The notes below the pieces were generated by a model. That model was not told the DNA's origin. It did no database searches and saw only the letters and a list, made by a program, of their open reading frames with translations. This document shows positions 1-9,030 of a stretch of DNA of 41,665 nt, piece by piece (position 1 is the stretch's first letter; each line of letters begins with the position of its first letter). Location of the stretch: assembly GCA_030539515.1 (NCBI GenBank), contig JAUNXZ010000001.1, positions 1 through 41,665 of the forward strand, in the 5' to 3' direction. The translations under genes and the position numbers were made by a program. This DNA is from Thermoplasmata archaeon (GTDB taxonomy: Archaea > Thermoplasmatota > Thermoplasmata > Methanomassiliicoccales > Methanomethylophilaceae).

Positions 1-184
1 TGATGACGACGTCGCCGATCGTGTTGACCAGCATCTTGTCCATCCCCTTGGGTCCCAGGGTGGACCTGACCGCGTCGGCGACTGCCTTGGCGGCGCTGAT
101 GTTGTTGAACTGAGCCTCTTTGTCTTTGCTCCTCTCCGTGCCCTCTTTGAGCACGATGACGGGCTGGTTTCCAGAACCGTACAT
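1..184 (-). CDS. ths: Thermosome (group II chaperonin) subunit, 5' part; runs off the window
   Basis: Translates [53 protein letters not shown], with the hallmark [11 protein letters not shown] motif. SD-like AGGTGA upstream of the ATG. Confidence 0.95.
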   Translation of the reverse strand, partial: MYGSGNQPVIVLKEGTERSKDKEAQFNNISAAKAVADAVRSTLGPKGMDKMLVNTIGDVVI

Positions 185-227
185 GGTAATTATCACCTGT
201 AGTTTGATTCCGACAATTTAGTTCTTC

Positions 228-234
228 TATAAAA
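228..234 (-). promoter_or_regulatory. TATA box of thermosome promoter
   Basis: TTTTATA on the minus strand about 45 nt upstream of the ths ATG, in an AT-rich intergenic stretch. Confidence 0.6.
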
Positions 235-277
235 GGATTGCTTAACATGCGGCCAAGGACGCGGAAGAACCAGTGCG

Positions 278-1075
278 TCGGTGGCGGTCGCCGTAGCAGT
301 CGGTGCCACGCACCCCGGCCTCGTCGCACAGCGCGTCCAGCACCTCCACCGCCTCGGGGGACGGGCGTATGCCCATGCGCTCCAGCCTGCGGGTGTCGAC
401 GAGCCTGAGGTTCAGCCCGTCGCGGTACACGGCGCGGATGCCCGCCGCGACGAGGGCGTCCACAAGCTCCGCCTCGGAGCCCTCCAGCGTGGACATGACC
501 GGGGCGACGAGCGCGTAGGTCTCGACGCCGGCGTCGAGCAGCCCCGTTATGGCCCGCAGCCTCGCCTCCGGCAGCGGCGCGCCGGGCTCGGTCATCTTGG
601 ACACCCGGTCGTCCACCGTGGTGACGGTCATGCCAACCACCGAGTCCATCCCCGAAAGCAGATCGAGGTCCCGCAGGATCAGGTCCGACTTGGTGTGGAT
701 GTGGACGCGCCTGCCCTTCGCGGAGAGGACCTCGAGGCACTGCCTGGTGAGCCTGAAGCGGCGCTCGGCGCCCTGGTACGGGTCGGTGACGGTGCCGATG
801 CCGATCGTCCCGTCCACGTACGGCAGCTCCCTGCAAAGCCTGTCGATGAGGTTCCTCTTGACCCTCACGACCCTCCACTCGGACAGCTCGGAGTGCGTGT
901 GCCCCGGCGCGTAGCAGTAGATGCACCCGTGCTCGCATCCCCCGTAGGGGTTGATCGCGTAGTCCATCTCCGGGAGCCCGGACGGCGAGAGCGCCCTGGA
1001 GCACTCGACGAGCCTGAACGGCCCGTCCCACTCCGGGGGCTCCCCGGTGAAATCGCCCAGCGTGGTGTCGGTAAT
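278..1075 (-). CDS. Radical SAM protein, spore photoproduct lyase-like / DNA-repair associated
   Basis: NPYGGCEHGCIYCYA (CxxxCxxC), GTVTDPYQ and HTKSDL motifs. The frame is open and family-like (CSRALSPSGLPEMDYAINPY) upstream of the first ATG (967) to about ATT at 1075, so the start is uncertain. End placed at CGA 278-280; standard TAA at 242-244. Confidence 0.8.
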
Positions 1076-2345
1076 AGTCCTCGATCCTCCTCTGGACGCG
1101 CCAGTCCCTCATCACGTCGGAGTTCGCGATCCACCCGTCGCGCTTGATGTCCATCATGGATTCGACCCTTGTCAGCACGTCGTCCATGGTCTCGAAGTGC
1201 TCCGGCTCCGTGCGGAGCGCGGCGCGCACGTTCTCCCTCACGTTCCACACGCCGACGGGCATCACGTAGCCCGGATGGGCCTCCCTCATTATGACCGCGC
1301 CCGCCGTGCGGCCCTCCTCGATGAGCAGCTCGTTGACGGCCATCCTCGACGCGTAGTAGCATCCGCCGATGTGGGCGTACTCCGTCCTCCCGTCGAAGAA
1401 CTCGGAGTCGTGGATGACGTCCACGGTCCTGCCGGAGGGGTTCCATGTGGTGTTCGGGTACCACGCCTCGATGAGCTCGAACCTCCAGGTGCAGGGCATC
1501 AGCATGATGGCCCACCTGTTGTCCAGCTCCTGCCAGGTGTAGAGGCGGAAGTCGTCGATGGTGGGGTTCCACTTGGTCGTCTTGAGGAGATCCTTCCCGA
1601 TGATGTCGTCCACGGCGGTGATGCTCCACCTGGTGGGGACGAAGCGCCTGCGCTTGTCCACGCCCATGGTCCCCACGGAGAAGGCCTTCTGGATCTCGGA
1701 GATCAGGGTGCCGTTGCGGTACGCGGAGACCACCGCGTCGGTGGCCTTCATGTCCACGTCGTAGAAGCTCCTCTCCAGGTTCCTCTCGAACCTGCCGTTG
1801 CCGAGGGTCATCTGCTCCATGCGCGCCGACGGCCCGAAGGGCTCCACGTTGTCGTCGAGGATGACGCGGCCCTTGGGCTTCTGGGCGAAGGAGGCCTCCA
1901 CGTCCACCGGGCGTTCCGTGAGCGCGAGCTCCTGCACGTTGTCCACGATGCGGCCGTACTTCCGGAAGTCGGTGGCGTCGATGCGGTACTTCCCGCGGAC
2001 CAGGCGGAACCTGAAGTCCACGATCTCGTCGATGCTCTTGCCGACCCAGCGCTCCGGGGTGCCCATGATGGAGGTGTCCCCGAACTCCGGCGGGAGAAGC
2101 GGTCCGATGTCCACCTTCGGGTAGCCGTACCTGCCGACGAAGACGGCGGGAGGGCTCGAGCCCGCCAGGTCCTTGGCGTCGATGAGCGGGCGGGCCTTCA
2201 TCTGGGAGTAGAACTTGATCATCAGGGGGCAGCGGTCCTTGCCGCAGAGCCTGTGGGCGCCCTTGCATATGGAGCACAGGCCGCTCTTGAGCTCGGCGCC
2301 GTTGTAGGCCGCCGACTGCTCGAAGAAACCCGTTGCCGTGACCGT
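1068..2345 (-). CDS. nreA: Nre (NreA) archaeal PCNA-interacting DNA repair protein
   Basis: Absent from the ORF track because it has no standard stop. N-terminal CSICKG..LCGKDRCP zinc finger, GSSPPAVFVGRYGYPKV, VPTRWSITAVDD, GGCYYASR, PVGVWNVRENVR, and C-terminal PIP-like QRRIEDYY followed by CGA (1068-1070). Start is non-canonical (ACG 2345/2339/2333 or frameshift). Confidence 0.9.
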
Positions 2346-2581
2346 CCCGACTCCCCCTCATCACGGGATGCCGAACGGGGATAAAAACAGTGAGCGGGAA
2401 GAGGTAAGCAGGAGCCGGTTCGGAATCTCTTCCGTTGCAAGGGGACCGGTCCCTGCTATGATTTCGGGATTCCCTCAGAGTTAAAATAACTTTTCGCGAA
2501 TCTCGGGTTAACGGCGTTGATATTCCTGAAAGCATGGGATTAAAGCCTGTTAATATAGTGCAATCAGGATATCTCCCGGAA

Positions 2582-4153
2582 TCATCTGGCCTTGGCGGGA
2601 ACGCGGCTCGCCGCCACTCCGGCGGATCCCTCGCGGGAGACCGGGACGAGGTCCATGCCGAACAGGCGCCTGAAGTCCGGGCGGAGCTTCTCCAGGCTCC
2701 AGATCTCCATGCTGGCGTCCTCGTCCGAGGACAGCTCCAGGACCACCGTGTCCTTCTCGACCCTGAGCCTCCCGCTGCGGACTGCGCCGTTCCTGTGCCT
2801 GTCCATGACGTCCGCCATCTTCAGCAGCATGGCGCACACGCGGACGGCGGCGGCCTCGTCCTTGGGCATCCCGTCGAACCTGGAATCCTTGGGGCCCGGG
2901 AACTTCTTGTGGTGGAACCTGACTATGAGGCCCATGTCGCGGGTCTCGTCGTAGGTGAACCCCTGGAGGTCCGCCTTCTCAATTATGACCTGGGAGAGCA
3001 CGCTGTGGTTCTGGTAGCTGATGAGCTCGCCGATGTCGTGCAGGATCGCGGAGCAGGACAGCAGGCTCCTCCACTGGGCGTCCAGCGAGTGGAGCCCGAG
3101 CTCCCTGGACTGGTCGAACAGCGAGAGCGCGTTCCTCTCCACGTTCTCCGCGTGCCTCCTGTCGTACTGGCAGCGGTACGCCAGCGACCGGACGGAGGAC
3201 TGGCGCGCGCTGAACGAGGTGAACCCGCGGGAGAGCTGGTGGTCCAGCATCATGCCCTGCTTCAGGCCGTTGGGGCTGACCTCGATGCGCTGGATCCCGA
3301 ACTGGAACATGAGCTCCTCGGCGATGGCCCCGCCGGGTATGATGATGTCCGCGCGGCTCTTGCCCATCCCGGGAACGGCCAGCCTCTGCTTGGCGGTCAT
3401 CTGGCGGAGCTCCTGCATCAGGGGGTGGAGCTCGTCGAGGGTGAAGTACGACGCGTCCCTGTCGGCGCGGCGGGCGGCGCACATCTCGGCGAGGGACAGC
3501 ATGGTCCCCGAGGAGCCCATGGCGCGTTTGAATCCTATGGAGCGGACCTTGCTGACCGCGCGGTAGGACGAGATGTCCACGCTGCGGAGCATGTACTCGT
3601 AGTCGCCCTGGGAGACGGGGCCGGAGCAGTCGATGTCCAGGCCGAAGGCGTAGCGCACCGCGCCCATGCTGAGGCTGTCGATGAAGATGTCCTCGCCCTT
3701 CTCGCGGATGATTACCTCGGTGCTGCCCCCGCCGATGTCGAGCTCGATGGTGCGCTCGTCGGGCCCCCTGTCGCCGAAGACGCCGAGGGCGATGAGCCTG
3801 GCCTCCTCCGGGCCGGGGATGACCTTGAGCTCGACGACTCCCTCCAGGGCGTCGACGATCTCCTGGCGGTTCTCCGCCTCGCGGGCGGCGCAGGTCGCGA
3901 AGGCGACCACGCGCTCCGCGCCCAGGTCCCTGGAGATCTGGGCGAACCTGGAGATCACGAGCACCGTCTTGTCTATGGACGGGCGGTCGATCCTGCCGGT
4001 GCCGTAGAGGCTCCTCCCCAGGCGGACGGACTCCTTGTCCTGGTAGATGGCGGTGCCCGACGTGTCCGGGTAGAACCTGACCACCAGCAGGTGGATCGAG
4101 TTCGTGCCGACGTCGATGAACCCGACGGTCTCAGGACTCGTCTTCTCCGCCAT
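2582..4153 (-). CDS. ppx: Exopolyphosphatase Ppx/GppA family with HD domain
   Basis: IDVGTNSIHL, ATCAAREAEN, EEARL, DIGGGSTE, RADII and LHDIG motifs; overlaps ppk1 in an operon. Confidence 0.93.
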   Translation of the reverse strand: MAEKTSPETVGFIDVGTNSIHLLVVRFYPDTSGTAIYQDKESVRLGRSLYGTGRIDRPSIDKTVLVISRFAQISRDLGAERVVAFATCAAREAENRQEIVDALEGVVELKVIPGPEEARLIALGVFGDRGPDERTIELDIGGGSTEVIIREKGEDIFIDSLSMGAVRYAFGLDIDCSGPVSQGDYEYMLRSVDISSYRAVSKVRSIGFKRAMGSSGTMLSLAEMCAARRADRDASYFTLDELHPLMQELRQMTAKQRLAVPGMGKSRADIIIPGGAIAEELMFQFGIQRIEVSPNGLKQGMMLDHQLSRGFTSFSARQSSVRSLAYRCQYDRRHAENVERNALSLFDQSRELGLHSLDAQWRSLLSCSAILHDIGELISYQNHSVLSQVIIEKADLQGFTYDETRDMGLIVRFHHKKFPGPKDSRFDGMPKDEAAAVRVCAMLLKMADVMDRHRNGAVRSGRLRVEKDTVVLELSSDEDASMEIWSLEKLRPDFRRLFGMDLVPVSREGSAGVAASRVPAKAR

Positions 4154-6245
4154 GCCAGCATCCCCTGTGGTCGATGAACCACTTCTGGGACCTCAGCTTC
4201 TTCTCGCCGGACTTCCTCTCGACGAGCCTGTACGTCCCGTCCGGGAGCAGCTCCCTGGCCTTCACGTTGTCCGCCAGGTGGATCTTCAGGATGTCCTCGC
4301 GGATGTGCTCGAGCATCTCCCTGTCCAGCACAGGGAAGAGCACCTCGACCCTGGCCAGAAGGTTCCTGGGCATCATGTCCGACGAGCCCATGTACATCTC
4401 GGGGTTCCCGCCGTTCTCGAAGTAGTAGATCCTGGAGTGCTCCAGGAAGCGGTCGACGATGCTGGTGACCCTGATGTTCTCCGACACTCCGGGTATCCCG
4501 GGGCGGAGGCAGCAGAGGCCGCGGATGTTGAGGTCGACCTTCACGCCGGCGATGGACGCCTTGTAGAGCGTGGCGATGATGTCCGAGTCGATGAGGCCGT
4601 TGGCCTTCATGGCGATGTACCCGTGGCCGGTGAGCTTGCAGACGTCGATCTCCCTCTCGATCTTCTCGATCAGGGAGCTCTTGAGCGTTAGCGGGGCGAC
4701 GAGCAGCCTGGAGTACATCCTGGGCCCGAAGTACCCGGTCAGCGCGTTGAACAGCTCCCCCACGTCCTCCCCTATCTCGGGGTTGACGGTGAGGAACGAG
4801 ATGTCCCCGTACTGGCGGGCGGTGGATGTGTTGTAGTTCCCGGAGCTCATGTGCGTGTAGCGCACCAGCCTGTCGCCCTCGAGGCGCACGACCTGCAGGA
4901 GCTTGGAGTGCACCTTCAGGTTCACCGGGCCGTAGACGACGTGGACGCCGATCTTCTCCATCTCCCTGGCCCAGAGGATGTTGTTGCTCTCGTCGAACTT
5001 GGCGCGGAGCTCCATCAGGACGGAGACGGTCTTCCCGTTCTCCTTGGCGCGCATAAGCGCCTTGACCAGCGAGGGGTCCTTCCCGATCCTGTACAGGCAG
5101 ATCTTGATGCTCTGGACGTAGGGGTCCTCCGCCGCCGTGGAGACGAAGCGGACCACGGACTGGAAGGACTCGTAGGGATGGAACAGGATCCAGTCCCTCT
5201 CCTTGATGGCCTCGAAGATGTCCATGCCCTCCGCGAGCTCGGGAGGGGTGTAGGGGTCGAAGGGCTTGTCCTTCAGCTTGGGGCGGTCCAGGCCGACGAT
5301 CTCCCACAGGTCCCCGAGGCTGATGGCGTCGGTCCTGTGGACCTGCAGGTCGCTGAGCTTCAGGTTCCTGGCGAACAGCTTGACCATGTCGGGGGGCATG
5401 CTCCTCTCCACGGCCATCCTCACCGGGAAGCCGATGTCCCTGTCCTCCAGGGACTCCTCGACCGCGGTCATGAAATCGCAGGCCTCGTCGATCGTGACCT
5501 TCACGTCGGCGTTCCTGGTGACGCGGAACATGTACGCGCCCACCACGTCGAGGCCGGGGAACAGGGAGGAGATGTGCTTCTCCAGGATGTCCTCCAGCAG
5601 GACGTACTGCTCGCCCTTGGACGACGGGACGAGCACGAACCTCGAGAGGGTGCCGACAGGCACCTTCACGCGGGCGAAGAGCTGCTCGTGGTTGCGGTCG
5701 TACATCCTGACCGCGATGTTCAGCGAGTTGTTGCTGATGAACGGGAAGGGGTGGCTGACGTCCAGCGCCAGGGGCGTGAGCAGGGGGTGGACCCTCTGCT
5801 TGTAGAAGTTGGCCACCCAGGCCTGCTGGTCCGGCGTCAGCTCGTCGACCTTGCTGATGATGATGTCGGACTTCGCGAGCTCGGCGCGGAGCGCGTTCCA
5901 GCACTCGGAGTACTCTGCGACCAGGCCCTGGACGGTGTCCGAGACCTGCTGCATCAGGCTGTTGTAGTTGACCGTGAGGTAGTCGGGGCCGGGTATGGGG
6001 GTCTTGGAGATGATCCCCGGGACGCGGATCATGTAGAACTCGTCCAGGTTCCCGTAGCAGATGGCCAGGAACTTGACCCTCTCGAGGAGGGGGTTCGTGG
6101 CGTCCTCGGCCTCCTCCAGGCAGCGCCTGTTGAACTCCAGCCAGGACAGCTCGCGGTTGATGTAGTACTTGGAATCGTAGAGGTCGGGAGCCGCCGGCGT
6201 TTCGGCGGAGTCCGTCTTCTTCCGGCGGGCGACCATGTCACTCAT
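4131..6245 (-). CDS. ppk1: Polyphosphate kinase 1
   Basis: YINRELSWLEFNRR, NLDEFYMIRV, HPFPFISN, HPYESF, ELRAKFDESNN, LKVHSK, RFLEHSRIY, SSDMMPRN. Confidence 0.97.
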   Translation of the reverse strand: MSDMVARRKKTDSAETPAAPDLYDSKYYINRELSWLEFNRRCLEEAEDATNPLLERVKFLAICYGNLDEFYMIRVPGIISKTPIPGPDYLTVNYNSLMQQVSDTVQGLVAEYSECWNALRAELAKSDIIISKVDELTPDQQAWVANFYKQRVHPLLTPLALDVSHPFPFISNNSLNIAVRMYDRNHEQLFARVKVPVGTLSRFVLVPSSKGEQYVLLEDILEKHISSLFPGLDVVGAYMFRVTRNADVKVTIDEACDFMTAVEESLEDRDIGFPVRMAVERSMPPDMVKLFARNLKLSDLQVHRTDAISLGDLWEIVGLDRPKLKDKPFDPYTPPELAEGMDIFEAIKERDWILFHPYESFQSVVRFVSTAAEDPYVQSIKICLYRIGKDPSLVKALMRAKENGKTVSVLMELRAKFDESNNILWAREMEKIGVHVVYGPVNLKVHSKLLQVVRLEGDRLVRYTHMSSGNYNTSTARQYGDISFLTVNPEIGEDVGELFNALTGYFGPRMYSRLLVAPLTLKSSLIEKIEREIDVCKLTGHGYIAMKANGLIDSDIIATLYKASIAGVKVDLNIRGLCCLRPGIPGVSENIRVTSIVDRFLEHSRIYYFENGGNPEMYMGSSDMMPRNLLARVEVLFPVLDREMLEHIREDILKIHLADNVKARELLPDGTYRLVERKSGEKKLRSQKWFIDHRGCWHGGEDES

Positions 6246-7494
6246 CCTCCGGCATCCTGACCCTGACGGATTCGCAGTGCGCGTGGAGCCCCTCCGCGGT
6301 GGCGAGGGTCTCGATGGTCCCCGCCAGGGCGGCGAGGCCCTCCTGCGAGAGCATCTGGACGGTGGAGGTCTTCATGAAGTGGGAGACGTTCAGGCCGGAG
6401 CACGTGGCCGCGTGGCCGGACGTGGGGAGCACGTGGTTGGTCCCCGACGCGTAGTCGCCGGCGGCGACGGGCGTGTAGGGTCCGACGAAGATGGAGCCGC
6501 CGTTCCTGACCTTGCCCAAGACGTCCAGCGGGTCCTTGACCTGGATGGACAGGTGCTCGGGTGCGATGCCGTTCATGATCTCGATAGCGAGGTCCATGTC
6601 CTCGGCGATGATGTACCCCGAGTTCGCCAGGGCCTTGTCGATGATCTCCTTCCTGGGAGCCTTGGCGATCATGGGCTCCATCTCCGCCCAGACGCGGTCG
6701 GGCAGGTCGGGGTCGCAGGTCACCAGCAGGCTGGCGGAGGACGGGTCGTGCTCGGCCTGGGCGATGAGGTCCGCCGCCAGGAAGGCGGGCACGGCGGACT
6801 CGTCGGCGAGGACGCCGATCTCCGAGGGGCCGGCGGGGAAGTCGATCTCCACCTTGTTGCGGAGCATCATCTTCGCTCCGGTGACGAACACGTTGCCGGG
6901 CCCGACGATCTTCTGGACGGGCTCGATCGATTCGGTCCCGAGGGCCATGGCCGCGATGGCCTGGGCGCCTCCGGACTTGTAGATCTCGTCCACGCCGGCG
7001 ATGTCGGCCGCGACGAGGGTGAGGGGATTGATGGGGGCGGGGGTGCACATGATGACCTCGTCCACGCCGGCGACCTTGGCCGGGATGGCGGTCATGAGCA
7101 CCGTGCTCGGGTAGGAGGCCCTGCCACCGGGGATGTAGCATCCGACCCTCTCGAGGGGGGTGGACTTCACGCCGAGGGTCACACCGGGCTCGACCTCCCT
7201 CAGCCAGAGGCCGGGGGGCATCTGCATCTCGTGGAACCTCTGGATGTTGTAGGCGGCGTTCTCGAGCTCCTCGACCAGCTCCTGGCTGACGTGCTCGTAG
7301 GCCTCCTCTATCTCCTCGCGGGAGACCGCGATGTCGCCGAGGTCGACCTTGTCGAACTTCTTGGCGAGGTCGCGCAGCGCCTTGTCGCCCTCTTCGCGGA
7401 CCTGGTCGATGATACCGCGGACGGTGTCCTCCACCTGTCCGACCTTGGACTCGCGGTTCTCCTTCCAGAAGTCTTCGCTTACCTGTTGCCACAT
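6238..7494 (-). CDS. hisD: Histidinol dehydrogenase
   Basis: GCYIPGG, GGAQAIAAMA, KIVGPGNVFV, AGPSE, QAEHD, APEHL, GDYASGTNHVLPT, EGLHAH. Confidence 0.97.
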   Translation of the reverse strand: MWQQVSEDFWKENRESKVGQVEDTVRGIIDQVREEGDKALRDLAKKFDKVDLGDIAVSREEIEEAYEHVSQELVEELENAAYNIQRFHEMQMPPGLWLREVEPGVTLGVKSTPLERVGCYIPGGRASYPSTVLMTAIPAKVAGVDEVIMCTPAPINPLTLVAADIAGVDEIYKSGGAQAIAAMALGTESIEPVQKIVGPGNVFVTGAKMMLRNKVEIDFPAGPSEIGVLADESAVPAFLAADLIAQAEHDPSSASLLVTCDPDLPDRVWAEMEPMIAKAPRKEIIDKALANSGYIIAEDMDLAIEIMNGIAPEHLSIQVKDPLDVLGKVRNGGSIFVGPYTPVAAGDYASGTNHVLPTSGHAATCSGLNVSHFMKTSTVQMLSQEGLAALAGTIETLATAEGLHAHCESVRVRMPEDE

Positions 7495-7676
7495 GAAGCC
7501 TGGGAGTCCGCTATGTCGATAAATATGATTGGGTAAGAGATTACATAGGCTATATAGAGGCCCGAACCGCGGATACGGTGCCCGGAGGGGATGCCAGACG
7601 TCCCGGGGGCGTCCGCGCCGGCGCCGGAGGCGGGTCCTGGAAACAGATATATCCGTTCATTCCGTCGGGCGGGCCG

Positions 7677-9029
7677 ATGAAGGTCATCATCATCGGTGCC
7701 GGCGACGTCGGTTTCGTCTGCGCCGAGACCATCTCGGACGTCCACGACGTCCTGGTCGTCGAAGAGGACGAGGACATAGCGGACACGCTCAAAGGGCGCC
7801 TCAACGTCTCCGTCCTGAGGGAGGACGGCACGAACCCCCGCATCCTGCGCTACGCCATAGAGACGCAGAACGCGGACGTCCTCGTGTCCACGCTCCATTC
7901 GGACTCGGACAACCTGTTCGTGTGCATGATGGCCAAGAGGATCAAGCCGTCCATCCGCACCGTCGCGACGGTGGACAGCCCCGACTTCATGATAGAGACC
8001 ACCGGCGAGGGCGTGCCGGGCGTCGACGACATCATCTCCCCCAACCTGGTCACGGCCGAGAAGATGTACAGGCTGTGCGTCCTGGAGAACGTCGTCGAGT
8101 ACGAGGCGCTCAAGCAGATGGGCGTCTGCGTCGCCGTTTTCAGGGTCGAGGGGAACCACCAGATCGTCGGCCGCGTGGTCATGCACCTGCCGATACCCAA
8201 GGACTGCACCATATTCGCGGTCTACCGCGACGGCGACATAATCACCACCCCGGAGATCCTGGAGATCCACAGCGGGGACAGGATATGCGTCTTCGGGAGC
8301 GAGCAGGCCATAATCGCGTTCAACGACCTCATGGGCGTCGAGGAGGTGGCCAGGGAGTTCTGCATCCTGGGAGGGTCCATCGTGGGCCTCAACCTGGCGA
8401 AGATGCTCTCCGAAGACGAGCGCAAGCGCTACGTCAAGATCATCGAGAGGGACCCGGAGGTGTGCAAGCACCTGTCCAGGGAGCTGAGCGGCGTCGTGGT
8501 GATAAACGCCGACTACACCGACCCCGACATCCAGTACGACGAGAACATCTTCCGCGTCGACTCCACCATATCCACGTCGAGCCGCGACGAGACGAACCTG
8601 CTCATCTGCATGTCCGCCAAGAGGCACAGCGCCCGCAAGGTCATCGCCCGGTTCTTCATGCGCGAGTACGAGGACATCTTCAGGTACACCGACCTGCAGA
8701 CCATCATCGGCTTCGACCGCATCATTTCGAACGAGATCATCAAGTGCGTCCTGTCGGACGAGCTGGCCATCGCCAGGATGCAGAGTTCCGAGGGCGTCTT
8801 CTTCACGCACATCGTCGACTCTGAGTCGAGGCTCAGGAACCGCTTCGTCGGCGACGCCAACATGCCCGAGGGCCTGCGCATCGTCGCGATCCGCAGGGAC
8901 GGCGGGCTCATCTACCCCCTGCTGGACACCGAGATGAGGGACGGCGACGCCGTCATCATGTTCTCGGACGGCAGGAAGGAGTCCGAGCTGATCAAGGTCC
9001 TGGGCAAGGGCACCACGCTGGGGTTGTGA
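7677..9029 (+). CDS. trkA: Trk potassium uptake NAD-binding subunit TrkA
   Basis: MKVIIIGAGDVG Rossmann start, two RCK N/C repeats, directly upstream of trkH. Start moved from 7578 to the ATG at 7677. Confidence 0.92.
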   Translation: MKVIIIGAGDVGFVCAETISDVHDVLVVEEDEDIADTLKGRLNVSVLREDGTNPRILRYAIETQNADVLVSTLHSDSDNLFVCMMAKRIKPSIRTVATVDSPDFMIETTGEGVPGVDDIISPNLVTAEKMYRLCVLENVVEYEALKQMGVCVAVFRVEGNHQIVGRVVMHLPIPKDCTIFAVYRDGDIITTPEILEIHSGDRICVFGSEQAIIAFNDLMGVEEVAREFCILGGSIVGLNLAKMLSEDERKRYVKIIERDPEVCKHLSRELSGVVVINADYTDPDIQYDENIFRVDSTISTSSRDETNLLICMSAKRHSARKVIARFFMREYEDIFRYTDLQTIIGFDRIISNEIIKCVLSDELAIARMQSSEGVFFTHIVDSESRLRNRFVGDANMPEGLRIVAIRRDGGLIYPLLDTEMRDGDAVIMFSDGRKESELIKVLGKGTTLGL

Positions 9030-9030
9030 G

